The position numbers and the translations under genes are program-made. Shown here piece by piece: positions 47,720 to 58,134 of a DNA stretch of 64,000 bases. Origin of the DNA: an uncultured Fibrobacteraceae bacterium. Lineage in GTDB: Bacteria > Krumholzibacteriota > Krumholzibacteriia > LZORAL124-64-63. The notes below the pieces were generated by a model. That model had not been told where the DNA came from, did no database searches, and saw nothing but the letters and a program-made list of their open reading frames with translations. The stretch covers positions 715-64,714 of the forward strand of contig CAYQTJ010000003.1 in NCBI GenBank assembly GCA_964420395.1, given 5' to 3'. The first letter of the stretch is position 1. The number at the start of each line of letters is the position of its first letter.

Positions 47720-48960
47720 GTATGCGCATAGCCCTCGACCTGACGGAATCGCTGCACATCGCGCTGGCCGCGCTCCGCGCCAACAAGGCCCGCGGGACGC
47801 TGACCACGGTCGGCATCATCATCGGCATCGCGGCCGTCATCCTCACCATGACCGCGGCGCACGGGCTGCAGACCGCCTTCCGCCAGAGCTTCTCCTCGGT
47901 CGGCACGGACGTGATCTACGTGTCCCGCTTCCCCTGGGTGATGATGAACGACTTCTTCCTGTACCGCAATCGCCCGCGCCTCGAGCTCCGCCACGCGGCC
48001 GCGCTCGACCAGCGGCTGCGCGGCAGGGCGATCGTCAACCCGACCCTCGACGGACGCCAGGATGTCAAGTATCGCGCCGAAACGATGGAGGGCGTCACCA
48101 TCATCGGCACCACCGAGAAGCAGACCCAGGTCGCCAGCGCGCAGCCCGAGCTCGGCAGGTTCCTCACGGGCTTCGACGTGACGTACAAGCGGAACGTCTG
48201 CGTCATCGGCACCGACGTCCGGGAGGGCCTGTTCAGGACGGCCAATCCCCTCAACCAGGAGATGAAGGTCGGCCGCACGACGTTCCGCGTCGTCGGCGTC
48301 ATGGAGAAGCAGGGCGGGAACTTCCTGGGAGGACCGAACTTCGATCGGCAGGTCTACCTCCCGATCAGCGCGTACGTGAAGGCGTTCGGCGGCGATCGCG
48401 GCCGCCAGGACGTGAACCTGGCGGTCAAGGCCCCGTCGCAGGAGGCCCTGGCCGATCTCGAATTCGAGGTCATCGGCGAGATGCGCAAGATCCGCGATCT
48501 GCGGCCGGCCGAGCCGGACAATTTCTCCATCAACAAGCTGGACACCCTCGTGGGCACGTTCAACAACATGATGGGGGTCGTGCTGCTGGTGGGCCTGCTG
48601 GTGACCAGCATCTCGCTCTTCGTCGGCGGCGTGGGCGTCATGAACGTGATGTTCGTGTCCGTGACGGAGCGCACGCGCGAGATCGGGATCCGCAAGGCCA
48701 TCGGCGCCAAGCCGCACAGCATCCTGTTCCAGTTCCTGTTCGAGGCGGTCGCCATCTGCCTCGCGGGCGGGCTGATCGGCATCGCGATCGCGTCCGCCCT
48801 GACGGCCGTGATCAACGCCGTCCTCATGCCGGCCAGCGTCTCCGCGTCCATCCTGGTCACGGCCCTGGGCGTGTCGGTCGCGGTCGGGGTCGTGGCCGGC
48901 TTCGTCCCCGCCTACAAGGGCGCGCGGCTCAACCCGATCGAGGCCCTTCGCTACGAGTAG
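47716..48960 (+). CDS. FtsX-like ABC transporter permease (MacB-type, with large periplasmic domain)
   Basis: N-terminal TM, about 220-aa periplasmic domain, then three C-terminal TMs with the FtsX motif. Confidence 0.8.
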   Translation: MSMRIALDLTESLHIALAALRANKARGTLTTVGIIIGIAAVILTMTAAHGLQTAFRQSFSSVGTDVIYVSRFPWVMMNDFFLYRNRPRLELRHAAALDQRLRGRAIVNPTLDGRQDVKYRAETMEGVTIIGTTEKQTQVASAQPELGRFLTGFDVTYKRNVCVIGTDVREGLFRTANPLNQEMKVGRTTFRVVGVMEKQGGNFLGGPNFDRQVYLPISAYVKAFGGDRGRQDVNLAVKAPSQEALADLEFEVIGEMRKIRDLRPAEPDNFSINKLDTLVGTFNNMMGVVLLVGLLVTSISLFVGGVGVMNVMFVSVTERTREIGIRKAIGAKPHSILFQFLFEAVAICLAGGLIGIAIASALTAVINAVLMPASVSASILVTALGVSVAVGVVAGFVPAYKGARLNPIEALRYE

Positions 48961-48970
48961 AGGCTGTCGC

Positions 48971-50215
48971 ATGCGTGTTTCGGACCTTGTCGCCATGTCG
49001 ACGCGATCGATCCTCAGCAACGCGCTGAGGTCGACCCTGACGCTGGTGGGCATCGTGGCGGGGGTCGCCTCCATCATCGCGGTGATGACGGCGATCACCG
49101 TGGTCCAGGCCACGATGGAGAAGGAGATGAGCGTTCTCGGCACGCAGGTCTTCCAGGTGCAGAAGTGGCCGGCGGGCTTCAACTCGGACGCGCAGCGTCG
49201 CCGCGCCATGCGCCGCCCCCCGCTCACGATGGAGAACGCCGACGCGATCCGCGAGCAGGTCGACACGGTCGATCTGGTGGGATCGGAGATCTGGGACTTC
49301 GGGTACGTCGTGGAGTACAAGGGAGTCTCCACCAACCCGAACGTGTCCATCTGCGGCGGCACGCCGGAGTACCCGAACAACAACACCCACTACGTCGGCC
49401 TCGGGCGCAACATCTCGCAGATGGACGTCAAGGCGGGCCGGCACGTGGCGGTCATCGGCTACGCCATCGCCCAGAAGCTGTTCCCCTTCGCCGATCCGAT
49501 CGGGAGGGAAGTCCGCCTCGACGGCCGCAAGTACGAGGTGGTCGGCGTCTTCGACGAGAAGAAGTCCGCGTTCGGGTCGTCCCACGACAACTACGTCCTG
49601 ATCCCCGCCACGACCTTCCTGTCCATCTACGGCATGGTCAACCGGGACGGCTTCCCCCGCTCCGTCAACATCACCGTCCGGGCGAAGTCCCCCGAGCTGA
49701 CCGACGACGCGATCGAGCAGACGCGCCAGGTCCTGCGCCGCGTCCGCGACGTCAAGCCGAACGAAGAGGACAACTTCGACTTTTTCAACAGTCAGAGCCT
49801 GATCACGCAGTTCAACCAGCTGACGGCGAAGGTCAAGATCGCGGCCTTCGTCATCGGCATCATCGCGCTGGTCGTGGCGGGCATCGGCATCATGAACATC
49901 ATGCTGGTGTCGGTGACCGAGCGGACGAAGGAGATCGGCATCCGCAAGTCGCTCGGGGCCAACCCCGCGAACATCCTGTTCCAGTTCCTGCTGGAGGCCG
50001 TCATCCTGTGCAACCTCGGCGGGCTCGTGGGGATCCTGGTGGGCTTCGGGCTCGGCAACGTCGTCACGTTCTTCACCACCTTCGAGGCCAAGGTGCCCCT
50101 GCAGTGGGCCGTGATCGGACTCGTCTTCTGCTCCACCGTCGGCATCGCCTTCGGCCTGCTGCCGGCGATCCGCGCCTCGCGCCTCCACCCCATCGACGCG
50201 CTGCGTTACGAGTAG
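48971..50215 (+). CDS. Second FtsX-like ABC transporter permease (paralogue, likely heterodimer partner)
   Basis: Same architecture as the preceding permease. Confidence 0.8.
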   Translation: MRVSDLVAMSTRSILSNALRSTLTLVGIVAGVASIIAVMTAITVVQATMEKEMSVLGTQVFQVQKWPAGFNSDAQRRRAMRRPPLTMENADAIREQVDTVDLVGSEIWDFGYVVEYKGVSTNPNVSICGGTPEYPNNNTHYVGLGRNISQMDVKAGRHVAVIGYAIAQKLFPFADPIGREVRLDGRKYEVVGVFDEKKSAFGSSHDNYVLIPATTFLSIYGMVNRDGFPRSVNITVRAKSPELTDDAIEQTRQVLRRVRDVKPNEEDNFDFFNSQSLITQFNQLTAKVKIAAFVIGIIALVVAGIGIMNIMLVSVTERTKEIGIRKSLGANPANILFQFLLEAVILCNLGGLVGILVGFGLGNVVTFFTTFEAKVPLQWAVIGLVFCSTVGIAFGLLPAIRASRLHPIDALRYE

Positions 50216-50396
50216 GGCGCTGCCCCGGCCACCGCCCCCGGGAAGGGAAGGGTGCCCCACTCTCGACAGCCAGGAGTGCTGCCGCGAGCTGTCCAAGCCG
50301 AGGAGCGCCCCGTGGGACCCGCCCTGAATCGATGCGTCGTTACGGCCTCGCGAAACGCGCCCGCCGGTGCGGACCTCTCCCCGCCGCTTCGTGACC

Positions 50397-50750
50397 TCAT
50401 CGCAGGAGGGTAATCAGGAACGTGTGCGCGGAGATCCACAGGACCGCCGCGATTCCGGCCAGGCCGAGCGCGTAGCGGCGCCAGTCGCGCAGGGTGGCAG
50501 GCGTGCAGCTCGTCGTCAGCCCGCCCAGCCGGGTGATGTCGTAGTATCGGAGCCCGATGATCCCGGCGACGACGGCCCAGTAGAGGGCGTCGAAAACCGA
50601 GAATCCCTCCGACCGGACGATCTTCAGCGCCAGAACGAACAGCACGCCGTTGCCGAACACCAGCCAGGTCAGGCGGACCAGTGCTCCCAGACAGCCCGTG
50701 GGCTCGCGAGGTGTGTCTTGGGGGGACGGTGGGGATTCCGTGCGTTTCAT
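50397..50750 (-). CDS. Small hypothetical membrane protein (about 117 aa)
   Basis: Internal start MKRTESPP at 50750 with GGAGGCGAGC RBS. Three hydrophobic helices. Confidence 0.4.
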   Translation of the reverse strand: MKRTESPPSPQDTPREPTGCLGALVRLTWLVFGNGVLFVLALKIVRSEGFSVFDALYWAVVAGIIGLRYYDITRLGGLTTSCTPATLRDWRRYALGLAGIAAVLWISAHTFLITLLR

Positions 50751-51122
50751 GCTCGCCTCCAGAGACGCCCGAATACCGGGCGGCGACGGTGATTCCCGTC
50801 GCATGCTCTGGATGGCGGCCCGACCACCCGCATTCCTGCAGCGACCCGGGGCAGGTCGCCACACCCTTCGCCAATCGCCTCACGCCCTGCATGCGGCACG
50901 ATCGACGGCGGCCCCGAGAGAGTACGACCGTCGCCGTGATCGCGCAAGCGGTCCCGGGCCAAATCGCGCGCCACCAGCGGAAGTCAAACCACTCGCTTCC
51001 GGTCGTCTTTCGTCCCTGTTGCGGAGCAACCAAACGCGGGAGCGACCGTACGAAGCCCCCGGTCCCCAGAGCCGTGGTGCGCGCGACGTTCGCCCGCGCC
51101 GGCAAGCATCCCGGAGGTCTCC

Positions 51123-53330
51123 ATGCCCAGGCAAGCCCTCGTCATCCACGGTGCGCTGCTGATCCTGCTCGCCTTCGTTCTCGTGTCGCCCGGCCTCGCC
51201 GACACGCACCGGGTTCCCCGCGTCGAAGGCGCGCTCGATCTCGACGGACGCCTCGACGAGGACCTCTGGCGCCGGGCCGTCGCCGTCGAACTGAAATACG
51301 AGGTCCAGCCGGGCGAGAACATCCCGGCCCCGGTGCGCACGGTCGCCTACTTCGCTTACAACGAATCCCACCTGCTGGCGGCGGTGAGGGCCTTCGATCC
51401 GGATCCGGGGCGGATCCGCGCCCACTTCCGGGACCACGACGAGCTGTGGGGCGACGACTGGTGCGCCCTGGTCCTGGACACCTTCAACGACAACCGGCGG
51501 CAGTTCGACTTCTTCGTCAACCCGCTGGGCGTCCAGGCCGAGACCGTCGAGAGCAGCCAGGGCGGCGGCGATTCGTGGGACGCCATCTGGGACGCGGGCG
51601 GCCGCATCGACGAGCAGGGCTACGTCGTCGAGTTCTCGATCCCGTTCAGCTCGCTGCGCTTTCCCCGCAGCGCGGGCGAGCAGGTGTGGGGTCTCGACGT
51701 CGTGCGCAGCTACCCGCGCAGCGTCGACCACCGCCTGGCGCTCTTTCCGCGCGAGCGCGACAACAACTGCTACATGTGCCAGTCGGACAGCCTGGTCGGC
51801 TTCGCGGGGGCAACGCCGGGCCACAACATCGAGATCACGCCGACGATGTCGGCCGTCGTCACCGAGACCCGCACCGGTCCGAAGACGACCGACGAGTCCT
51901 ACGAGCCCGGTCTGACCGCCCGCTGGGGCGTCACGCCCAACCTGAACGCCAGCCTGACGGTGAATCCCGATTTCTCCCAGGTCGAAGCGGACGCCGCCCA
52001 GCTCGAGATCAACAACCAGTTCGCGCTGTACTACCCCGAATCGCGTCCCTTCTTCGTCGAGGACGCCGAGTTTTTCTCGACGCGGATGCAGACCGTCCAT
52101 ACGCGCTCGCTGGCGGACCCGGTCTGGGGGTCCAAGATCGCCGGCAAGGAAGGCGCCAACGCCGTGGGGGCGTACGTCGTCCGCGACGAGATCACGAACC
52201 TGATCTTCCCGCATGCGGAAGGCAACGGCGAGGCCTCGTTGAATGCGCGCTCGACCGGGTCGGTCGTCCGGCTCCGGCGCGATGTCGGCAGCTCATCCAC
52301 CCTCGGACTGCTGCTGACCGACCGCGAGGGCGCGAACGGCTACTACAGCCGCCTGGGCGGACTGGACGGCAGCGTCCGGTTCACGCCGCAGGATGAGGTC
52401 AGCTTCCAGGTCGTCGGCTCCGAAACGCGATACGACGAACAGACCGCGATCGCCAACGGTCAGCCCGCGGGCCGTTTCTCCGGCAGCGCCGCGGAACTGC
52501 TCTACTACCGCGATACCCGCAACCTGGACCTGTACCTCTTCGGCAAGCGCCTCGACGCCGATTTCCGCGCCGATCTGGGCTTCATCCCCCAGACCGGCTA
52601 CTACCAGGTCGAGGGCGGGGGCGAGTACGCGTGGCTTAATTCCCCGGACCACTGGTGGAACTTCCTGTCGATCAACATGGGCTACGAGCTGAACGAGCGG
52701 CTCGACGGCGGCCCCACGTTGCACCGCATGTACAACACCTGGCTCAGCTATGCCGGCCTGATGCAGTCGTCGATCTCGACCCGGATCACCTTCGGCGAGC
52801 GCTACTACGACGGCCGCGAATTCGACGTCCGCTTCTATCAGCTGTCGTCGTCGATCAAGCCGACCGGCCGCCTGACCCTGGGGCTGGGCGCCACGCTGGG
52901 CGAGTCCGTCGACTACGCGCACACGCGGCCCGCGGACCGCATCCGGCTGCAGCCGTCCGCCAGTTTCAAGCTGGGGCGCCACTTCGAGGCTGGCCTGACC
53001 CACATCTACGAGAAGCTGGACGTGGACGCCGGCCGGCTCTACACGGCCAACGTGACCGAGGTGCGCCTGGTCCACCAGTTGAACCGGAGGGCGTTCGTGC
53101 GCGCCATCCTGCAGCGTGCGGACTACGACCGCAACGCGGCGGCGTACACGCTGGCCCCCGGGACGGATGAGACCTCGCTGCTGAGCCAGCTGCTGTTCTC
53201 GTACAAGCTGAACCCGCGGACGGTGCTGTTCCTCGGGTACGCGGACAACTACTACGGAGAGGACGGGGACGATCCCCGGCAGACGGACCGCACCGTGTTC
53301 GCCAAGGTCGGCTACGCCTGGACGCCGTAG
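51123..53330 (+). CDS. DUF5916 / carbohydrate-binding family 9-like domain protein (putative outer-membrane beta-barrel)
   Basis: Signal peptide. N-terminal CBM9-like segment (DGRLDEDLW...). Long beta-rich C-terminus typical of DUF5916. Confidence 0.55.
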   Translation: MPRQALVIHGALLILLAFVLVSPGLADTHRVPRVEGALDLDGRLDEDLWRRAVAVELKYEVQPGENIPAPVRTVAYFAYNESHLLAAVRAFDPDPGRIRAHFRDHDELWGDDWCALVLDTFNDNRRQFDFFVNPLGVQAETVESSQGGGDSWDAIWDAGGRIDEQGYVVEFSIPFSSLRFPRSAGEQVWGLDVVRSYPRSVDHRLALFPRERDNNCYMCQSDSLVGFAGATPGHNIEITPTMSAVVTETRTGPKTTDESYEPGLTARWGVTPNLNASLTVNPDFSQVEADAAQLEINNQFALYYPESRPFFVEDAEFFSTRMQTVHTRSLADPVWGSKIAGKEGANAVGAYVVRDEITNLIFPHAEGNGEASLNARSTGSVVRLRRDVGSSSTLGLLLTDREGANGYYSRLGGLDGSVRFTPQDEVSFQVVGSETRYDEQTAIANGQPAGRFSGSAAELLYYRDTRNLDLYLFGKRLDADFRADLGFIPQTGYYQVEGGGEYAWLNSPDHWWNFLSINMGYELNERLDGGPTLHRMYNTWLSYAGLMQSSISTRITFGERYYDGREFDVRFYQLSSSIKPTGRLTLGLGATLGESVDYAHTRPADRIRLQPSASFKLGRHFEAGLTHIYEKLDVDAGRLYTANVTEVRLVHQLNRRAFVRAILQRADYDRNAAAYTLAPGTDETSLLSQLLFSYKLNPRTVLFLGYADNYYGEDGDDPRQTDRTVFAKVGYAWTP

Positions 53331-53389
53331 GGCCGAACGCGCCGGAGCCGCGAGCGATTCGGGACGGAGACCATGGCTGGAGGTGGACG

Positions 53390-54583
53390 GTGATGTGGCT
53401 TCGGACCGGCCTGCTGCTCCTCGCGACGGCGTTCGGGCTGCCGGGCGGACGCGCCGCGGCGGACTCCTCGCGATCGGCCACCCTCCCCTTCGCTCTCGAC
53501 CACAACCGGATGACCGTGGAGATCGAGTTTGCCCGCCCCGACGGGTCCGCCCGCAGAGCCCGCGCCTGGGTGGACACCGGCAGCCCGGACCTCGCCCTGG
53601 CGGAGCCGCTCGCGCGCGAACTGGGCCTGGACGTTTCCGGAGCGGATGGCGGCGCCCAGTCGGGCCTGCCGGTCCCGTTCGTGCGCCTGGGCGGGATGGC
53701 GCTCGATCTCGACGGGATCAGGACGCGAATCCGCCCCGGCGCCGTCGTCCTGCCCGGCGTGACCGCGGAGGCATGCCTGCCGGCGGCCGCGCTGCGCCAT
53801 CATCACGTGGTCTTCGACTATCCGGCGCGGCGTCTCACCGTCGCGCAACCGGGGTTCCTCAGGCCGAGGGGGATCGGCCTCGCCTGCCGCGTCAACGCCG
53901 TCACCGGTCTGGTCATGATCACCGCCATCGCCGATGGCGACACCGTGCCGTTGGGCCTGGACAGCGGATCCGCCGGCACGTGGGTGTCCACGGCGCTCAC
54001 CGGGAAGTGGCTGGCCCGGCATTCGGACTGGCCGCGCGCGACCGGCGCCGCGGGGAGCGCGAACTTCTTCGGCTTTCCGTTCGAGTGCGAAGGGATCCTG
54101 CTGTGCCTGCCGGCGCTGACCGTGGGCGATCTGCCGGTCCGCGATGTCGCACTGCTGGGGCTCGATCAGAGCCTGTTCGACTGGTACTCGGCGAAGTCGG
54201 CGGGCCCCGTCCTCGGCTTCCTCGGCGCCAACGTGCTGACGCGCTTCCGACTGGAGATCGACTTCCCGAACCGGATGACGTACTGGGAGGCCGGCCCGGC
54301 GGACGGATCCGGCGACCTCGACATCGTCGGGATCACCCTGCGCCCCGAGGCGGACGGCGGCCTGACCGTCGCCGGCGTGGTCAGGACACGCGGCAGACCC
54401 GCCGTCGAGGGGGTCCAGCCCGGCGACCGCCTGGTCCGGGTGGACTCGCTGGGCGTTGCGGAATCAACCATGGGCGAAGTGGCCGACGCCCTGCGGGGCG
54501 CGCCCGGATCGCCGCGCACCCTCGTCATCGAACGACAGGGACGCCCGCTCACCATCGTGGCGAAGGTCCTGAGGCTCCCGTAG
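53390..54583 (+). CDS. Secreted retropepsin-like aspartyl protease with a C-terminal PDZ domain
   Basis: Two DTGS/DSGS motifs (VDTGSPD and LDSGSAG). C-terminal PDZ-like GDRLVRVD. Confidence 0.6.
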   Translation: MMWLRTGLLLLATAFGLPGGRAAADSSRSATLPFALDHNRMTVEIEFARPDGSARRARAWVDTGSPDLALAEPLARELGLDVSGADGGAQSGLPVPFVRLGGMALDLDGIRTRIRPGAVVLPGVTAEACLPAAALRHHHVVFDYPARRLTVAQPGFLRPRGIGLACRVNAVTGLVMITAIADGDTVPLGLDSGSAGTWVSTALTGKWLARHSDWPRATGAAGSANFFGFPFECEGILLCLPALTVGDLPVRDVALLGLDQSLFDWYSAKSAGPVLGFLGANVLTRFRLEIDFPNRMTYWEAGPADGSGDLDIVGITLRPEADGGLTVAGVVRTRGRPAVEGVQPGDRLVRVDSLGVAESTMGEVADALRGAPGSPRTLVIERQGRPLTIVAKVLRLP

Positions 54584-54596
54584 TCCGCGCGCCAGG

Positions 54597-54833
54597 AAGC
54601 AGGGGCGCGGGGCGAACCAGAATGCGTTCATCGAGCGGTTCAACCGGACGTTCCGCAACGAAGTGCTGAGCGCCTACCTGTTCGCGGATCTTGATCAGGT
54701 CCGCGAGATGGCCTGGTCCTGGATGGTCGAGTACAACGAGGAGAGGCCGCACGACGCGCTGGGAAGGATCCCGCCGGCCGTGTTCAGGGAGAGAAAGAAA
54801 GCCGAAAACTCTACCTTAGAACTGTCTGCTTGA
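54597..54833 (+). pseudogene. 3' remnant of an IS3-family transposase (integrase core C-terminal about 78 aa), with no N-terminus or start codon
   Basis: Translates to NQNAFIERFNRTFRNEVLSAYLFADLDQVREMAWSWMVEYNEERPHDALGRIPPAVFRE. Marks the start of the lower-GC region. Confidence 0.6.
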
Positions 54834-54917
54834 CGAGGGAGCTTACGCACCCCCCGGGAAGTCCGTCGCGCCGAGCTTGATGTTTCAGGGGCTAACAGCC
54901 GAATGGGGTCCGCTGTT

Positions 54918-55267
54918 AACCAGAATGGCCAAAGCGCCGTTTTGGAGACGTCGAGACGCCTTCCGCCCCCGTCGAATGATACCCAAACCTCTCGTCGCGT
55001 CTCTCTCTTTCGCCGAGACCCACGCCCCGAAAACCACCCTCGTAACCGCCTGCCACCACGCCACAAACAGCAGCCCCGGTCCATCACAGACCGGGGCCCC
55101 CGTCAACTTCTCTGCGGATCGGTTCCACGCTGAAAGTTGTTGGCTCCCCGGGCGAGACTCTCTGCGTGACGGGCTAGAGAGAGCCGGACAGTCGCCATCT
55201 GGTTTAGCCAAGGTACCTGGGGCTGGCGGCTGGCCGATCCCGTCAGGGGGAAATCCGGGGCCGGGCG
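54918..55267. repeat. Copy 1 of the duplicated flank: decayed IS3 tnp 3' fragment plus about 130-bp conserved segment containing a 9-bp-stem hairpin (GCCCCGGTC-catcaca-GACCGGGGC)
   Basis: 55058-55190 is about 95% identical to 57927-58059. AACCAGAATG begins each unit. Continues into the 3' end of the beta-helix gene. Confidence 0.6.
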
Positions 55268-56434
55268 TCACCTGTACAACCCCTTCACGCCCCCCAGGGA
55301 CTTCTTCTCGGTCGAAACCACCACCGGCGAGAACGGATCGAATTGGACGTAGCCGTAGATCGCCGGGTTGTCGTGACCGTCGTAGATCCAGCTCGCGATA
55401 GTATCCGCCGAGGTGGTGCCCCAGTAGTTGTTCGTCAGGTCCAGCGTCGTTCCGGGCGGATTCTGATAGCATCCCGCATCCACCAGCACGGACGACCCAG
55501 CACCGTGCAAGATGTGATTCCCCCGAAACTGCATGGTGCTATTGCAGACGAGGATTGTGGAAACGGCACCGCCGCCCAGAGAATTGCCAGACCCCGTAAC
55601 GGTGGATCCAGTACGGATAAATAGGTTGACATCTCCGCCACACAGATCGCTATCGCGTAGTTCCGTTACGGAGCCGGTCGCGACAACAACGGAAACATTA
55701 GCCTGTCCAGAAAATGTGCTTTTGTAGATTCCACCAGAAGAACCGTTCGCATACTGGCATCCGACTGCGTATCCCTGGAATTGGCAATCTGACACTATTG
55801 CACTGGTCGTGTGATCAAAGGACGCCATGCAGTTGTAAAAGCCGCAAGTCCTTACTGTAACCATGCTCGCCGGGTAAAAGCTAAGCACACCATCGTCGAT
55901 GTCATGGAATTGACAAGCTTCCAACAACGTTCCAAGTTCGCTCATCGTGCTGACGCCGTCCATGCAACCCCGGCTCTCACAGCGCCTCATCGTCAGTGTG
56001 CCGTGTTGGCCCCGGTACACACCTTGGAACACGTTCTCCATAGCCAAATCCTCGACGACTAGTCGGCTCACTAGAGATAGCGCGCAGATAACCTTTGGCT
56101 CCTCCGGATCGACCCAGATCCGCGCGGGTGGACCAATGATCGTCTGATTCGCACCAGAGCCAATGATCGTCAACTCACTGACGGTGACCGCAACGTATAC
56201 GTCGAAGGTCCACTTTTCCGTCGTCGTCGGATACGACGTGTAGGGCCGCTTCTCTTCAAAGCGACCCGGCCCGATCCGTATCGTATCGCCGGCCGCAGCG
56301 TGGTCTACCGCGTCCTGGATTACGGTGTAGTCGCCTGTGCCGTCCTTCTCGACGTACCACGTGCGGGCGACGGCCGGTGAGCCAAGGCCGATCAAAGCAA
56401 GGCAGAGAACCCCTGTCCGGTTCATTGTTCTCAC
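55268..56434 (-). CDS. Secreted right-handed parallel beta-helix repeat protein (pectate-lyase-fold-like), paralogue 1
   Basis: Signal peptide. Beta-helix N-terminal WYVEKDGTGDYTVIQDAVDHAAAGDTIRIGPGRF. Ends LGGVKGLYR. Confidence 0.65.
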   Translation of the reverse strand: MRTMNRTGVLCLALIGLGSPAVARTWYVEKDGTGDYTVIQDAVDHAAAGDTIRIGPGRFEEKRPYTSYPTTTEKWTFDVYVAVTVSELTIIGSGANQTIIGPPARIWVDPEEPKVICALSLVSRLVVEDLAMENVFQGVYRGQHGTLTMRRCESRGCMDGVSTMSELGTLLEACQFHDIDDGVLSFYPASMVTVRTCGFYNCMASFDHTTSAIVSDCQFQGYAVGCQYANGSSGGIYKSTFSGQANVSVVVATGSVTELRDSDLCGGDVNLFIRTGSTVTGSGNSLGGGAVSTILVCNSTMQFRGNHILHGAGSSVLVDAGCYQNPPGTTLDLTNNYWGTTSADTIASWIYDGHDNPAIYGYVQFDPFSPVVVSTEKKSLGGVKGLYR

Positions 56435-56462
56435 ACCCCTACCGCCCGCATGCGGCGGTCTG

Positions 56463-57377
56463 TCAGCGAACCAAAGTCAGTCGTCGGGTTGTCACCATGT
56501 TCCCAGTCTGGAAACGAGCGATGTACACGCCGCTTGCCAGCCCCTGACCACGCTCATTCCGCCCATCCCAGACGACCGCGTGTTCGCCCGCGTCGTAGGC
56601 TTCTTCAGCCAATCGCCGCACCAGTTCACCGCGGGCATTGAAAATTCGGAGCGAGACGTTCTGTGCTGCTGCCAGCGTGAACCGGATCTCTGTCCGGGGA
56701 TTGAAGGGATTCGGTCCGGACGGCAAGAGAGCGGTCTGTAGCAGCTCTGGCGACGGCTCCGGAGCGGCCTCGATCCGACTCATCACCCGCATGCCGGGGT
56801 CCGCTCCGACGAGAATCGGCTGAACGGCCAATCCAAACCCCAATCGCAAGCCAACCCACTGTTGGCCGTCGGCCGACAACCAGCCCGTCAGCCCGCCGCT
56901 CGTGCTGTAGCCAATCCCGGCACCCGTGCCTGAGCCTTCGCCCTGGCACTCACTCCCCTCCGGAAGCTGGAACATCGCGTAAAGACCCTCGCTGGCGCTG
57001 CACAACGGCTCCGTGAAGGCCACCTCGCTCCAGCCCGAGGAAACCCCGGCGACGGCCTCAGCAACCACTTCCCCATCCGTCACAACTGCCGGTGCCGCGG
57101 ACGCGCCGCTGGCCATCAGCAGCAGGGGGAAGGAGGCCAAGGCATCATTATTGTACCACTTCAGACCGCTCAGCGCCTGACCTTCTGGAACTGGAATGAA
57201 CACTGCGATATACGTCGATGCATTCACCGGCGAAAGTCCAAGGATGCCCGCCACGGGAGCGGTGGCTGTGCCCACGCTGCCCTGCGGCTGCGCATTATAT
57301 GGAGAGTTCTGTTGCTCAGTATCCACGGATTGTGATTGGACAAGAGGCCATGCGCTATCTTCAGGCGTGCGAAACAA
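56463..57377 (-). CDS. Protein with a C-terminal T9SS/FlgD-Ig-like sorting domain; N-terminus has no signal peptide, so it may be 5'-truncated or start internally near 57116
   Basis: C-terminal NPFNPRTEIRFTL...GVYIARFQTGNMVTTRRLTLVR. The 5' end of the ORF overlaps the divergent small gene at 57350. Confidence 0.4.
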   Translation of the reverse strand: MFRTPEDSAWPLVQSQSVDTEQQNSPYNAQPQGSVGTATAPVAGILGLSPVNASTYIAVFIPVPEGQALSGLKWYNNDALASFPLLLMASGASAAPAVVTDGEVVAEAVAGVSSGWSEVAFTEPLCSASEGLYAMFQLPEGSECQGEGSGTGAGIGYSTSGGLTGWLSADGQQWVGLRLGFGLAVQPILVGADPGMRVMSRIEAAPEPSPELLQTALLPSGPNPFNPRTEIRFTLAAAQNVSLRIFNARGELVRRLAEEAYDAGEHAVVWDGRNERGQGLASGVYIARFQTGNMVTTRRLTLVR

Positions 57378-57712
57378 TGACTGCCGAACAGGCCAAGCAG
57401 ACCGCTTTCGTTACAAAGCCAGACATGTATGCTGCATTGACTAGAAGCTCGGCCGAAGTAGCTAAGAAGCTCATTCTGCAGGATGTCGATGGGAATGCCA
57501 TTGTGCATTATCTGAGCCCATTTGTTCTGAAGGGGCTGCCGAGTGATCTCGCCAGAATGATCGTTCGTGCCGCCTACGACTTCGTGAAGGAACAGGCTGA
57601 GCATCGGCGACAATTGCGAGACAGCAAGCTGGCATTTCGATATGCTCAGCTCTTGGCGTACTTCCAGCATTCCTTACCAGCGTTGCGTGAAATTGTTGGA
57701 GATTTCGAATAG
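57350..57712 (+). CDS. Small hypothetical protein encoded in the most AT-rich patch of the window (about 47-50% GC)
   Basis: Start MRYLQACE with AAGAGG RBS. 120 aa. No recognisable motifs. Confidence 0.35.
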   Translation: MRYLQACETMTAEQAKQTAFVTKPDMYAALTRSSAEVAKKLILQDVDGNAIVHYLSPFVLKGLPSDLARMIVRAAYDFVKEQAEHRRQLRDSKLAFRYAQLLAYFQHSLPALREIVGDFE

Positions 57713-57786
57713 GGCAGAGCGCCCTCCCCACACCGCCGAGAGCCTTGGCCCACGCCTTACCGGACTTCTTCGCTACCGCTTTGTGT

Positions 57787-58134
57787 AAACCAGAATGAAA
57801 AGCGCGGCCGTGGGAGACTTCGAGAGGTTCCGGCGTGTCGTTTAGGGGGTCGAAGACCTCTCTCTCCGTCTCTCCTTTTCGCCGAGCGCAGCGCCCCGAA
57901 AACCACCCCCGCAACTCCTTGTCGCCACGCCACAAACAGCAGCCCCGGTCCATCACAGACCGGGGCGACCGTCAACTTCTCTGCGGATCGGTTCTACGCT
58001 GAAAGTTGTTGGCTCCCCGGGCGAGACGCTCTGCGTGACGGGAAAGAGAGAGCCGGACAAAGGGGATCGGGTTTGACCGAGGCACCCTGGGCCCGCGCCT
58101 GACCCATCCCGTAGGGGAAATCCGGGGCCGGGTG
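57787..58134. repeat. Copy 2 of the duplicated flank (decayed tnp fragment + conserved hairpin-containing segment)
   Basis: See copy 1. AACCAGAATG at 57787. Hairpin at about 57935-57961. Confidence 0.6.
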
